From positions 416,001-480,000 of the forward strand of contig JAHQJS010000004.1 in the NCBI GenBank assembly GCA_019057385.1: a stretch of 64,000 nucleotides of DNA, given 5' to 3'. Numbering within the stretch: position 1 is the first letter of the stretch; each line of letters begins with the position of its first letter. The DNA is from Candidatus Borrarchaeum weybense (GTDB lineage: Archaea > Asgardarchaeota > Sifarchaeia > Borrarchaeales > Borrarchaeaceae). Made by a program: the position numbers and the translations under genes. Positions 39,601-50,731 of this stretch are shown piece after piece. A model generated the notes under the pieces. That model saw only the letters and a program-made list of their open reading frames with translations. It did no database searches and had not been told where the DNA came from.

Positions 39601-40524
39601 ATGGATGAATGTTCTATGATCGTAGCAAATAATATTACAGAATTAATTGGAAAAACCCCAATGTTAAAGATAAACAATCTTACAGGCTCCGATAGGGCTA
39701 CAGTTTATGCAAAACTAGAGTGGTATAATATCGGCGGTTCGGTAAAGGACAGGATGGCCTTGTATCTCCTAGAATATGCAAATGTAGCAGGTAAATTAAG
39801 CAATAGTAAAACAATTTTAGAGGCAACATCTGGTAATACTGGAATAGCGTTAGCAATGATCGCAGCAGCAAAGGGTTACAAAATTGCTATTATAATGCCT
39901 GAATCTGTTAGTGTGGAAAGAAGAAGGGTTATAAAGGCTTATGGAGCTGAATTAATACTTTCGCCAGGAGTAAAAGGAACTGGTGGCGCGGTAGAACTTA
40001 AGCAAGAGCTACTCAGAAAGAATCCTGGTAAATATATAGATATAGATCAATTCAAAGACCCCGCGAATATATTGGCGCATTATGAAACAACTGGTAAGGA
40101 AATTCTCGAACAGACTAAAGGAAAAGTGAATATGATTGTGGTTGGCATTGGGACTGCTGGGACCGGAGTTGGGACTTCTCTGCGTATTAAAGAGCATGAT
40201 CCAAAGATAAAAATAGTTGGCGTTATGCCGAAGCTTGGCATAAGTGTTCAAGGATTAAGAAATCCAGGAGAGCCCTATCCTACTCAACTATTTAGAAGAG
40301 AGTGCTTCGACGATATTGTTGAGATATCGAAAGAAGAGTTACCTAAAACTTTCGAGATCGCACGGAAAGTCGCGAAGGAAGAAGGTCTCTTGATTGGTTT
40401 AAGTGCAGCATCAATCATGTATATCGCACTCCAGAAAGCAAAGGAGTTAGGGGGAGGTAAGACAGTTGTTGCGATATTACCCGACGATGGTATGAAATAC
40501 CTTAGTACATCTTTATTTGAGTGA
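39601..40524 (+). CDS. cysK: Cysteine synthase (PLP-dependent)
   Basis: IGKTP, KLEWYNIGGSVKDR, EATSGNTG, GIGTAGT, DDGMKYLS. Confidence 0.88.
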   Translation: MDECSMIVANNITELIGKTPMLKINNLTGSDRATVYAKLEWYNIGGSVKDRMALYLLEYANVAGKLSNSKTILEATSGNTGIALAMIAAAKGYKIAIIMPESVSVERRRVIKAYGAELILSPGVKGTGGAVELKQELLRKNPGKYIDIDQFKDPANILAHYETTGKEILEQTKGKVNMIVVGIGTAGTGVGTSLRIKEHDPKIKIVGVMPKLGISVQGLRNPGEPYPTQLFRRECFDDIVEISKEELPKTFEIARKVAKEEGLLIGLSAASIMYIALQKAKELGGGKTVVAILPDDGMKYLSTSLFE

Positions 40525-40635
40525 GATATCTAAAGTTAAAGATGGGAGGTATTTGACAACAAATTTATTTGCTTTAATGAAAAATTATAGTTGTCATAAT
40601 TTAACTGAAAGGATGATCCAGATTTTAACTAAACT

Positions 40636-41826
40636 ATGTTGGAGGGGATCTTTGTGAAAGTAGTGTATATGGACAACGCCTCTACAACTCCAGTTGATCC
40701 AAGAGTCGCGGAGGTAATGCATGATTACTTTGTCACGCATTTTGGTAACGCCTCAAGCATTCATGAATTTGGTCGTGAAGCTCGTGAGGCAATTGACAAC
40801 GCTAGGCAAGTTGTAGCTAAAGCCATTGGCGCTGAGGAAGAGGAGATCATTTTCACTTCTGGAGGTACTGAGGCTGATAACCTTGCTTTGAAAGGCATTG
40901 CATTTTCCGATGAATATGAAGGAAAACACATCATCACGAGTGTCATTGAACATCCTGCTATTTTGAAAACTGCGAAATTCCTAGAAAAACAAGGTTTTGA
41001 AGTAACGTATCTGCCAGTTGACAGCGAAGGATTAGTAAGCGTAGAAGATGTCCAAAATGCCATTAGACCCGATACCATTTTAATTTCTGTAATGTACGCA
41101 AATAACGAGATTGGCACAGTTCAGCCACTTGAAGAAATTAGCAAACTTGCAAGGGAAAATAATATTGTTCTTCATACAGATGCAGTTCAAGCTATTGGAA
41201 AACTTGACGTCGATATCAATAAATTAGGGGTCGATTTGCTGTCGATGTCATCTCACAAAATTCATGGTCCTAAAGGAGTAGGTTTCCTCTATATTCGCAA
41301 AGGCACAGTTATCGAGCCACTTTTACATGGTGGAGGCCATGAGTATAACCTTCGGTCAGGTACTGAGAATGTTCCAGGGATTGTGGGCTTTGCAAAAGCA
41401 ATGGAATTGGCAACTATCGAGTTAGATAAAAAGGCAAACTATATGATGCAATTAAGAGATAAACTAATAGATGGCGTCTTACAACGTATAAAAGGGTCAT
41501 ATCTTAATGGACATCGTACAAAAAGGCTACCAAATAATGCCAATTTTCGGTTCGATCAAATCAATGGTGAAGCCTTGATTTTAGATCTTGATATGAACGG
41601 CATTTCAGCATCAACAGGCTCTGCTTGTTCATCACATGAAACTGATCCGTCACATGTTCTTCTTGCGCTTGGTTTGTCCCATAATGAGGCAGAAGGCTCT
41701 CTAAGGTTGACATTAAGTACTGAAACAACCGAAGCTGATATTAATTACGTGCTTGAAGTATTGCCAAACAGCATTTCCAAATTGCATGCGTTGCATCCAC
41801 GCGTATCTAAAACTGAATTTGAATAA
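40636..41826 (+). CDS. iscS: Cysteine desulfurase (IscS/NifS)
   Basis: DNASTT, FTSGGTEADN, SSHKIHGPKG, STGSACSS. Confidence 0.95.
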   Translation: MLEGIFVKVVYMDNASTTPVDPRVAEVMHDYFVTHFGNASSIHEFGREAREAIDNARQVVAKAIGAEEEEIIFTSGGTEADNLALKGIAFSDEYEGKHIITSVIEHPAILKTAKFLEKQGFEVTYLPVDSEGLVSVEDVQNAIRPDTILISVMYANNEIGTVQPLEEISKLARENNIVLHTDAVQAIGKLDVDINKLGVDLLSMSSHKIHGPKGVGFLYIRKGTVIEPLLHGGGHEYNLRSGTENVPGIVGFAKAMELATIELDKKANYMMQLRDKLIDGVLQRIKGSYLNGHRTKRLPNNANFRFDQINGEALILDLDMNGISASTGSACSSHETDPSHVLLALGLSHNEAEGSLRLTLSTETTEADINYVLEVLPNSISKLHALHPRVSKTEFE

Positions 41827-42194
41827 CTCATTCCATTTTGTAGTTTAACTGGCAAGGAGATCACTCACCATTGCTAAACCCGTTTAGATGCAATCTAAGT
41901 TACTAAAAAACCTATCGTAAGCGTATAATTCCATTACAGAGAACTTCAGCTTCTGTTGAAATTTGATAATATGACAACTTTTATAACCTTCTAGCATTTT
42001 ACTTAGACGAAAATGTACCTTTAAAGCATTTTGAGTGCTAGATCTCCTTACGATGAGCACAAATTCGAAACAAAAATATTGTTATAGAAAACGTAAGCAT
42101 CCGAGTACGATGCTCTTGGTTATATCGATAGCATTGTATTGATGGATAAGTATTTAGCATGTTCGTTAATGTTTCAGAATGAAAACAGGATGGA

Positions 42195-43340
42195 GTGTAT
42201 AATTTGTCTGAAGTTTACTTTGCATCTGCAACCTCATATTTTCCATGGCAAAATATGAAAATATCCTTAGAACATCTATTCGACCTATTAAAGATTCCAC
42301 AATGGATTCCTGAAAGAATACGAGTTGGTGTCAAATTTGAAACTGGTCATGAAGATTGTACTCGTTATTTATCTCCGCTATTTGTAAGGACAATGCTTGA
42401 TGAGTTTACTAGACTCCATAAACCACCTATTGGCCTTGATTCAATAAACCTCTGGAGAGGAGGAAGGCGATACGATCCAGCGGGCTGGGTTGACAAATGC
42501 CGGCATCATGGTTTTTCTATGGAGACATTAGGGACTGAAATATTTTTAACTGAGGGCTATACTGGTCAGGATAGCAAGACTTTGATGAACAAATTGGGCA
42601 AAAAAATTCGCGTTTTGGAAATTGGTGCAACGGTTACATATTGCCAATTATTAGTGATGCTAACCCATGTTACGGGGCATCCTTTACTCGGCTTCTACGG
42701 GGCAATCGCCGATCTGGCTTTAGGATGTACTGCTAGAAAAGGCAAAATGCGCATTCATGAGGACCTTCTACCAACTGTAAACATGGAAAAATGCAACTTG
42801 TGTGGCTTATGTGAACGAATGTGTGAATGGGACGCAATCAAAGTAGCTGAAACTGTAGTTATTGATCCAAAAAAATGCGTTGGGTGTGGAAAATGTATAG
42901 TCAAATGCCCACGGGTGGCAATAGAAGTTACTTCAAATCAAATAAGGGATTTTCAAATAAAGGTAGCGGATGCGGCGTCATTTATCGTCCAAGCAATGGA
43001 CAGTAATATCGCCTACTTCAACTTTCTAATTGATTGCACGCCTCATCCTGATTTTGATGCAAACTCTGGCATTCCATTTATTCCAGACATTGGTATCTTA
43101 GTGTCGAAAGATCCTGTAGCTATAGATAAAGCAACCCTTGATCTTGTCAACAGAGTACCAGGTGTGAGAGGTTCCGTAGCTGAACAGTTTAACGTATTGG
43201 ATAATAACACAGAAAAATTCAAGGCCATTAGCTTTGCTGGAGCAGCGGATCCAATGGTCCAGATTACCTCTGCTGAAGAACTTGGTCTCGGAAGCACAAA
43301 GTATGAATTAATTGATGTATGGGAACTAGAAAATGAGTAG
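42195..43340 (+). CDS. DUF362 domain protein with 2x[4Fe-4S] insert
   Basis: THVTGH..FYGAI..LGC..GK; CxxCxxCxxxC twice; PDIGILVSKDPVAIDKA. Confidence 0.85.
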   Translation: MYNLSEVYFASATSYFPWQNMKISLEHLFDLLKIPQWIPERIRVGVKFETGHEDCTRYLSPLFVRTMLDEFTRLHKPPIGLDSINLWRGGRRYDPAGWVDKCRHHGFSMETLGTEIFLTEGYTGQDSKTLMNKLGKKIRVLEIGATVTYCQLLVMLTHVTGHPLLGFYGAIADLALGCTARKGKMRIHEDLLPTVNMEKCNLCGLCERMCEWDAIKVAETVVIDPKKCVGCGKCIVKCPRVAIEVTSNQIRDFQIKVADAASFIVQAMDSNIAYFNFLIDCTPHPDFDANSGIPFIPDIGILVSKDPVAIDKATLDLVNRVPGVRGSVAEQFNVLDNNTEKFKAISFAGAADPMVQITSAEELGLGSTKYELIDVWELENE

Positions 43341-43420
43341 ACAAAAAGTTGTTTTGATTGAAAAATACTTGCAAAAATATCTTTTATAATGTATGATAAT
43401 GATATAGATCAAAAAAGAGG

Positions 43421-43810
43421 GTGGTAAAAATAGACACCGTTCCTAAAAAAGATATTACTGTGGAAGTTCCCCTATTCAAAGAGAAGTGGGTTAGAAAACT
43501 TATGGTATGCACTCTACACGATCTTGGTGTAACATGTCCAGGTATTTGTTCACATCAAATTCCTCCAGGAATAGGAGGACGACACTGTGGCACATTGAGT
43601 CGTGTACTTCATAAAGGCACAAAATCCATTTTGAGAACACTTAGCAAATTGGCAAAATTAGGATATGTGGATATTTTGGAGATTTCAGCTGGTGAAGGTA
43701 GTAAAGGACAGTTAAGAAGGGCGATTCAAAAAGTTTATAGATTAAGTGAGAAGGGCAAAGAAAAGGCAAAAGAATTTGATGATGAATTTGAATATAAAGA
43801 CTTAATATAG
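43421..43810 (+). CDS. Winged-helix protein with Cys/His insert
   Basis: ILRTLSKLAKLGYV..VYRLSEKG; CxxxCxH. Confidence 0.65.
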   Translation: MVKIDTVPKKDITVEVPLFKEKWVRKLMVCTLHDLGVTCPGICSHQIPPGIGGRHCGTLSRVLHKGTKSILRTLSKLAKLGYVDILEISAGEGSKGQLRRAIQKVYRLSEKGKEKAKEFDDEFEYKDLI

Positions 43811-43839
43811 ATACGGAAGATAGTAGATATGGGTTTCCT

Positions 43840-44172
43840 ATGAATATAAAAGAAAAAATACTTCAGGAATTGAAACGACGCCATTTGGCATTAGTAAATC
43901 CTCGAGAATGGGTTAGTATAAATGAGATTTCCTATCTCTTCTCATTTTATGTTATTACTCGTATGATAGAACCTGAAGATGTCATAGAGGCACTCAAGGA
44001 ACTCATTGAAGATAAAATAATTGTTGAAAAGGATAATATGCAATATTTCCAATTAGCAAATTATGAGGCTTTTATTAAAGAAGTAGAAAACCTCTGGAAG
44101 CAAAAATCAAAAATAAGACGTTCCGTAGTACAAAAGGAATATGATGATGAAAAGAGATCATGCAATCTCTAA
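43840..44172 (+). CDS. Hypothetical protein, probable winged helix
   Basis: KILQEL..SINEI..VIEALKELIEDKII. Confidence 0.5.
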   Translation: MNIKEKILQELKRRHLALVNPREWVSINEISYLFSFYVITRMIEPEDVIEALKELIEDKIIVEKDNMQYFQLANYEAFIKEVENLWKQKSKIRRSVVQKEYDDEKRSCNL

Positions 44173-44269
44173 TGATAGATTTTTTGTCAAGCTATTAATT
44201 TCTTCATAATAAGAGAACTATTCACGAACGATATGTAATAACTTGAAGACTTGATAGAGGTGTAATTTA

Positions 44270-45235
44270 ATGAGTACGAAAGAAGAAAAGGAAAAGAAAG
44301 CAGAAGAAGTAATTGAGAAGATTTTGGGATATAGAGAAAAAGGCGATAAGAGAGCCGAACTTAAATATGTTGCAAAGTTACGTTCCCCCATTTTAGCTAG
44401 GTTCAGAAACATCAAACATAAAATTGCAGTCATGTCCGGTAAAGGAGGCGTTGGTAAGACCACGGTAGCGACAAATTTGGTTGCAGCGTTTAAAGCGGAA
44501 GGCTATAACTGTGGCATCTTAGATGCCGATGTTCACGGCCCTAATGTCCATAAAATGCTGGGAGTAACGGAAAAATCTCCATCATTTAAAGGACGGACAT
44601 TTTATCCCCTTGAAAACGAAGATGGCATTAAAGTATGGTCGGTAGCATTGTATTGGCCAAGTGAATCAACACCTGTTCTTTGGCGCGGTCCATACAAAAC
44701 GAGAGTAATCAAACAATTCTTGGCCGCTGTAGATTGGGGACCCTTGGATTTTCTAGTAGTTGATCTTCCCCCTGGAACAGGTGATGAACCCCTCACAATA
44801 GTAGAAAAAATACCAGACATTGATGGAGTGGTCATAGTTTCTACCCCTCAAGAGGTTGCTCTTTTAGATGTCAGAAAGGCTGGGGTGATGTTAAAAGAGA
44901 AGAATGTGAGGCCTTTGGGCATTATTGAAAACATGTCAGCTCGTGCGATCTGTCCTCATTGTGGTGAAATACTTAAATGCGCAAATTGTGGAAATGAAAC
45001 GATTTTATTTGGAGAAGGTGGCTCAGAAATCGTTGCTGAAGAACTAGAAGTGCCATTTCTTGGAAGCATACCCGTTGATCCTCGTATAAGAACTTCTGGA
45101 GATGAGGGTAAACCTTTTGTCATCAAATATCCTGATAGTGAGGCCGCAAAGAAGTTTAGAGACATTGTTCGAAGAATCGAAGAAGAATTAAGTATTTCGA
45201 ACGACACAACTGAATCTCAAGAAACTGAAGCCTGA
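44270..45235 (+). CDS. mrp: Mrp/ApbC/NBP35 Fe-S cluster carrier ATPase
   Basis: SGKGGVGKT, DADVHGP, VDLPPGTGD, ENMS..CPHC. Confidence 0.95.
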   Translation: MSTKEEKEKKAEEVIEKILGYREKGDKRAELKYVAKLRSPILARFRNIKHKIAVMSGKGGVGKTTVATNLVAAFKAEGYNCGILDADVHGPNVHKMLGVTEKSPSFKGRTFYPLENEDGIKVWSVALYWPSESTPVLWRGPYKTRVIKQFLAAVDWGPLDFLVVDLPPGTGDEPLTIVEKIPDIDGVVIVSTPQEVALLDVRKAGVMLKEKNVRPLGIIENMSARAICPHCGEILKCANCGNETILFGEGGSEIVAEELEVPFLGSIPVDPRIRTSGDEGKPFVIKYPDSEAAKKFRDIVRRIEEELSISNDTTESQETEA

Positions 45236-45247
45236 GGTGAATATTTA

Positions 45248-45571
45248 ATGCCTGATGAAATCTCTTTAGACGATATTGTTCTTAAGGTAGCTGAAAGGTC
45301 GACAAAAGCACTGGAGAAATTAATCTTTTCTCTTGCTACCCCAGAAGAGGTCTCCGAAGAAATAACAGATATCGATGTGTCGGGATTGCTAGAGAACAAT
45401 TGGGCAAAATTTACTTCGGATCCGAAGTATCACTACCATCTTGAGATTCTACAAACAGTATTAACTCTTAAAGATCAGTTATTGGATCAAGTACAAGAGA
45501 TGGGTATTGATAGCATAAAATCAGATTTAGAAGTTCTAGATTTTGCACGAGAAAAAATTGCCAACAAGTGA
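45248..45571 (+). CDS. Hypothetical acidic protein
   Basis: GAGGTGA ribosome-binding site; directly downstream of mrp. Confidence 0.6.
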   Translation: MPDEISLDDIVLKVAERSTKALEKLIFSLATPEEVSEEITDIDVSGLLENNWAKFTSDPKYHYHLEILQTVLTLKDQLLDQVQEMGIDSIKSDLEVLDFAREKIANK

Positions 45572-45644
45572 TTATGAACTGAAAAGCCTTTAAGAGGTCA
45601 TCCTTCTCTTTAAGACAAGTTTCTTGAATTACCGTTTTTGGCCT

Positions 45645-46433
45645 TTAATTTGTTCTAGCAATTTGTCTTGTTAGAACCTCTCTTAGAATCATCTCTATAG
45701 GCATTATCACCCTTTTGACGGTTTCTGGTCGAGATTCTTTTTTAAGACGACCGTTATCAGCTTTTACTCTAGACGTGCTATCAGATTTCAGTAGTGTAAC
45801 CAAATCGTTTTTTGCATCCATACAACTCATTTCAATAATGCGTGAATGCGCGTCTCTCATTCGTTCGCTCCATCCCGTCTCAACAAGTAACTCCGATATC
45901 TGACTAACTGGGGTACGTACCTCCGTTGGAAGATCCATTTTATTCAAGCAGATCACGAAAGGCACGTCTTTAAGACCGTAGCTGTCGATAAATTCTGTGA
46001 GTTCCGTTAAGGCGCTTCTATTAGCCTCAAACTGTGCGCTTGTAGAGTCTAATATGATAATAAGTCCTTGGACGCCGCTTGTGACCACCTCTCTTTGTGT
46101 TATGTGGCGAAGTTGACCAGGGACGGTATAAATATGTGCTTTCAAGCGATCTTTGCCAGTCAACGGGTTATAACCAAAACCGAACACTCCGCGATCAAAA
46201 AACAATGTTCTCTTAGTTGGATCCTCAAGTGTGAGAAAGCTGTAAACGCGCTCTGGATCTTCTAAGGTTTTTAAAACTTTGAAGATAGTGAGTGCCATTG
46301 TCTTGCCTGCCATAGAAGCACCCCAGAACACTAGTTTAACTACTGGGACTTCATCAAAATCCTTTTTAAGATGTTCCAATGGTTTTCTGCCTCCAGTTCC
46401 TAAATATGGTTCTCTTGGAGAATTATGAGCCAA
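45645..46433 (-). CDS. MglA-family small GTPase
   Basis: G1 GASMAGKT, RTLFFD, G3 YTVPGQ, G4 NKMD. Confidence 0.88.
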   Translation of the reverse strand: MAHNSPREPYLGTGGRKPLEHLKKDFDEVPVVKLVFWGASMAGKTMALTIFKVLKTLEDPERVYSFLTLEDPTKRTLFFDRGVFGFGYNPLTGKDRLKAHIYTVPGQLRHITQREVVTSGVQGLIIILDSTSAQFEANRSALTELTEFIDSYGLKDVPFVICLNKMDLPTEVRTPVSQISELLVETGWSERMRDAHSRIIEMSCMDAKNDLVTLLKSDSTSRVKADNGRLKKESRPETVKRVIMPIEMILREVLTRQIARTN

Positions 46434-46809
46434 TTATATGGTGTCTTGTCTGTTTTCAAATTTGGAGGATATTGCTGGGCTATTAACTTTTAAACTGCTA
46501 TAAAAACTTTAAGATAAAAAACTCAGCATTATTAGTTTTGTTTAGAAAAGAATTTCCTGACAACTTTTCCTCTTCACCTCTCCCCATGTTAGTACATCCG
46601 TCTTTTCCATGATTCCAACTTTGATAAGATATGTTGAATTGGGAATATTAACTCAGTGTTTTTATTCATTGCAGAATTGTAAGATCACTCAATTTGGATT
46701 CGGTTGCATGACACATTGTCGCTTTAAGTAGAGAAAAAGCACATTTTTCCAGTTATAGCATAATATATTTCCCTATCGGTAGTATCCGTGGATAAAATCG
46801 CTTAAAAAC

Positions 46810-46850
46810 GGGAATGAATGACAGATAGAGGGAAGAGAAAGGTCATAAAC
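46810..46850 (+). repeat. Decayed 3' fragment of the 120-nt element
   Basis: GGGAATGAATGACAGATAGAGGGAAGAGAAAGGTCA versus GGGAATGAATGACAGGTAGGGGACGAGAAAGGTCA at 7840-7874. Confidence 0.7.
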
Positions 46851-47031
46851 ACATATGGATGCATGGGAACATTTATAATTTCTCACAGGTACTCGGTATT
46901 TTAATTAAAGTTAGTTTATTTTGATGTTTTCGCATTACATTCGTAGAGATTTTGATTAACTCATGTAGATAAGTATTTTACTCGTTAATTCCTATGGATA
47001 TAAATCTTTTAGAACCTTCCCCAGTTAGCAG

Positions 47032-47466
47032 GTGATACAGATGTACGGTCCATCATGGAGAATGGATGAGATAATTAAGAACAAAGAGAATTTACTTAAA
47101 GAGAGTATTTTCTATGTAAGAAATAGAAAAGATGCACTTTCTGAAGAAATTCAGAAACTTAGCGAACGTGATAAGATGATCCTTCCACATATCCGCGATT
47201 TAGACATTGATCAAGTTATTAATGAGTTTATTGATGTCTATCTGAGCGGATTAATTGATATAGCTTGTGAGTCAAAAGATGTTGAAGAATTCACTAACAA
47301 AAGTAGCGAACTTATTTCCAATATTGAACTACAGTTTAACAAAAAAAAGATTGGAAAGCCTGTCTCAAATCTAGCGATAGATATCAGTATGGCGTTGGTT
47401 AACTTTGGAATGGGTATAGAATATCGTTTTTCGCCAAAAGAATCTGGAGCGCGACATTTGATTTGA
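47032..47466 (+). CDS. Hypothetical helical protein
   Basis: ORF only. Confidence 0.5.
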   Translation: MIQMYGPSWRMDEIIKNKENLLKESIFYVRNRKDALSEEIQKLSERDKMILPHIRDLDIDQVINEFIDVYLSGLIDIACESKDVEEFTNKSSELISNIELQFNKKKIGKPVSNLAIDISMALVNFGMGIEYRFSPKESGARHLI

Positions 47467-47506
47467 GGGCTATAATCTTATTTAACTTAATTAATAGGAA
47501 TTCATT

Positions 47507-49540
47507 TTGGAGGAATGTATTTTGAATTTCCGCGGAATAATTGACATGGACAAATACGAACAAATAGTTAAACAATTCACAGATGAGCTTGAGAAAGTTG
47601 GTATTACTCCTTTAAATCAGGACGTCCTAGTAACCGTGCCAGTTCAGTCGTTCAAAGCATTTTTTTCAGCCCTTCCTCTTATTGATGCATTAAATAAGTC
47701 TGGGCTAAAAGCGAACTTAAAGACAGTTCGAAAACCTGAAGAAACGAAAGAAGAAAAAAAGAGAATAGAAAAAATGAGCGAACATGGTAGTATAACCGAG
47801 GATTCTTTCTATGAAAAGTATGCGGATCGCATCGGAACTGATCTCATTACGCAAATGCGCGATTTAGGAGGAGCGGGCGCACCCATGGCTTCCTCAATGT
47901 TTGGGGGTGGAAAGAAAGTACGTGTTGAAGAAGATGAATCTGATAAAATATATACTCTTTTAACATATGTTTGGGAACTTATCGATAAATATATCGAAGT
48001 ATGTGCAGGAGGCTCATATGATTACGAACATGAGCAAAAATTTGGGACGATTATGAATCGATTAAATCCATACTTTGCAGAAAAAAATGAGAACCCTCTT
48101 GAAAGTTGGGCTCGCGCTCCCCACATTATTTTAGATTTCGATGGTGATGCCTTTAAAAGTGTTCGAGGTTCTCCAGAAATTATACTAAAAATAGATAGTG
48201 CTGATTCGTGGGTTACATTATCAAATGTAGAAGATGATTTAGAAAAAGTATGTTTTGAGATCATAAGAAGTGGGTTTAATCTTCCTCGGGGAGGAGATAC
48301 ACTTATCATTCTTCCGAATATACCTTCCGAGAAACGTCGCAAAAAACCAAAAGAAGATTATCTTCAAGCGTATCTCCAAGCCTATAAACTGGAAGATGTT
48401 TCTTTTAAGCGGGGACGAATCGCGAGCATTTTAACACTTAACACAAAAGAGCACCCAAACGATCCTGCTGATAAAGTATGGTCTACAATTCAAGCATTTT
48501 GGGGGCTAGAATTCTCAAAATATGTTCCTCAAGAACCATTTAAACGTTATAAGATTTTCTCTGCTGTATCCGGTATGAGATACAAAGCGCGGTTACCTCA
48601 TGCAATTTGTATCTTCAAGGGAGAAGGATATTTTGGAAAGGATATTTTCGGTGAGATTATTGGATATCCTACACCAAACTTAAAGACGAAATGGACAAGT
48701 ACTCTTCAATTAATATCAAAACTTAAGTGGTATCCACAGTCAAGTGAAGATGATCGTGAACCTTTGATAAGATTGGGCTTGCAGGAAATTTTACCGATTT
48801 CAACGTTCTTACGAGTGTGTGGCATTGATTACAAGAACATGCGGAAGAGAAACGAGTCCATCAAAGAAGTTCTTGAAAAAGCAGAAAAACTTGAGGTGAC
48901 CGGACAACCAATCGATGGATTTGCCACAAACCTAACAGTTTCTCTTGGTAGGCGAGAACTCAGGAAAAGCGACTCTGAAGCTATATGGCCAGGAATGTTT
49001 GCCAACTTTCCTGGTGGAGAGGTTTATTTCACGCCAGAATCGCTTTCAGGCGTCTTCGTGTCGGATGAAGTGATATCTATCGATAGTAGTTACGTTCTTG
49101 AGTCACCTCTCGTAATAAAGATTGAAAATGGGCATTATACGGAGATAACAGGCAATCAACAGATCCTAAATATCCTCTTAACTGAGAAAGAAAAGGTCAA
49201 GAAAAGAATCACACATTTAGAAGAAAAACTGGCACTGCCAAATGAGGTTCTACAATTGTACAAAGACAATCTCGATCGAATCGGTGAGTTCGGTATTGGC
49301 ACGAATCTCAATGCACAATTGCCCAGTAGTTACCTGATAGAAGCCGAGAAGGCTGGTCGCACTATACATCTTGCACTAGGGTCTGGCTATGAGCCCGATA
49401 GGGCAACTTTGTATCATTGGGATGCTGTTGCAGGTCATCATCAAAAATTAACCCTCACGGCGTTAACAAGCGACGGTAACGAAATCCCTATCTTAATTGA
49501 AGGAGAATGGAGCAAAGAATTAGAAGAAGAGGAAACTTAA
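47507..49540 (+). CDS. M29-like thermophilic metallo-aminopeptidase with N-terminal extension
   Basis: NFPGGEVY, IGEFGIGTN, EKAGRTIHLALG, HWD. Confidence 0.82.
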   Translation: MEECILNFRGIIDMDKYEQIVKQFTDELEKVGITPLNQDVLVTVPVQSFKAFFSALPLIDALNKSGLKANLKTVRKPEETKEEKKRIEKMSEHGSITEDSFYEKYADRIGTDLITQMRDLGGAGAPMASSMFGGGKKVRVEEDESDKIYTLLTYVWELIDKYIEVCAGGSYDYEHEQKFGTIMNRLNPYFAEKNENPLESWARAPHIILDFDGDAFKSVRGSPEIILKIDSADSWVTLSNVEDDLEKVCFEIIRSGFNLPRGGDTLIILPNIPSEKRRKKPKEDYLQAYLQAYKLEDVSFKRGRIASILTLNTKEHPNDPADKVWSTIQAFWGLEFSKYVPQEPFKRYKIFSAVSGMRYKARLPHAICIFKGEGYFGKDIFGEIIGYPTPNLKTKWTSTLQLISKLKWYPQSSEDDREPLIRLGLQEILPISTFLRVCGIDYKNMRKRNESIKEVLEKAEKLEVTGQPIDGFATNLTVSLGRRELRKSDSEAIWPGMFANFPGGEVYFTPESLSGVFVSDEVISIDSSYVLESPLVIKIENGHYTEITGNQQILNILLTEKEKVKKRITHLEEKLALPNEVLQLYKDNLDRIGEFGIGTNLNAQLPSSYLIEAEKAGRTIHLALGSGYEPDRATLYHWDAVAGHHQKLTLTALTSDGNEIPILIEGEWSKELEEEET

Positions 49541-49570
49541 TTACGCTTTTTTGTATTTTTTCCGATGACT

Positions 49571-50731
49571 TCATCCCAAAGGCTTTTTCCAAAGCCCTAC
49601 TTTCTCGAAAAATTTATCATACGCGATTAAAATTACTAACCAAAGTCCTTGAAATATGAACGGGATTTTATTGTAAAAATGATCACTTTCATTGAGGATA
49701 TTGCCACCTAAATAAATGTAATATACGTAATAACTCAAAAGCGCTAATATAAAAACCAAAAGAGTTCTCATAAAGATATTAAATCGTTTATCATATTCGT
49801 GAGGCCAATTACCGCAGTAGAAAGCCCAGAAATATATCCATGATATTATGAATATTGAAAAGTTTGCAGCATTTCTTAGATACCAATCATTACTAGGACT
49901 CTCCCATAGAAACCAAGACTGGGTAGATGCTAATGCAAGAATTGCATAGAAAATATAGCCACCAATTAGGCAAATTGAACTTGCTAATATTCCTTGATAT
50001 GGTTGATTTTTTATTCTCTCAATTGGCCAATTTTCCCATAGTATACCTAAAAACAGCGTAACTGCTAGGGCGCTGTAAAGATACCCAATAAAGGCGTTAA
50101 GACTTATAACTTGTTTAAATTCACCATTTGCGATTTGTGCCGGGAGAACAAACCAAGCATAGGTTAAAACTAGAAGAAAAGTGCACCATAAAAACTCAAG
50201 AACTCTTATTTTGTATTTATTAAGCTCGTTTAAAGGCCAATGTCCCCAAAAAAACGACCACAATAAGTAGATGAAAATGCCTGTCGATGATATGAAAAAT
50301 AAAGAAGTATCTTTCACTTTATTAAAAAGCGAGCTAATTTCACCCCATACTAATGTAATATATGCAATAATTACAAACATAACCACAATATTTGCGGTGA
50401 AAAGAGCTAACCCTGTCTCTTTTTCTCTTATTTTTAATTTAGTCTTTAGAAACTCTTTGAATTCCATCTCTGGATCAATGAATTGGAGATAGAGGATTAT
50501 TGATAAAATAAATAAAAAGATGTAGTTGAGGACAAGATCAGCGGAAGCCTCTTCATACAAACGGAAAGTTTTCCAAATAAAAAACTCGCCTTCGGGATCG
50601 ATAAAAAGCCACCAAATAAAAAGCGATAAAGCGAATGTAAATACGAAAGCTAAAATTGATGTAATAATGGGATTATATCGTGGGATGATCTCAGTTTCTT
50701 TTTCTGTTGATTGAAATGCCATTCTTGTCAT
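49571..50731 (-). CDS. Polytopic membrane protein, possible transporter
   Basis: About 10 TM helices with repeated (G/E)xWP motifs. Confidence 0.65.
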   Translation of the reverse strand: MTRMAFQSTEKETEIIPRYNPIITSILAFVFTFALSLFIWWLFIDPEGEFFIWKTFRLYEEASADLVLNYIFLFILSIILYLQFIDPEMEFKEFLKTKLKIREKETGLALFTANIVVMFVIIAYITLVWGEISSLFNKVKDTSLFFISSTGIFIYLLWSFFWGHWPLNELNKYKIRVLEFLWCTFLLVLTYAWFVLPAQIANGEFKQVISLNAFIGYLYSALAVTLFLGILWENWPIERIKNQPYQGILASSICLIGGYIFYAILALASTQSWFLWESPSNDWYLRNAANFSIFIISWIYFWAFYCGNWPHEYDKRFNIFMRTLLVFILALLSYYVYYIYLGGNILNESDHFYNKIPFIFQGLWLVILIAYDKFFEKVGLWKKPLG

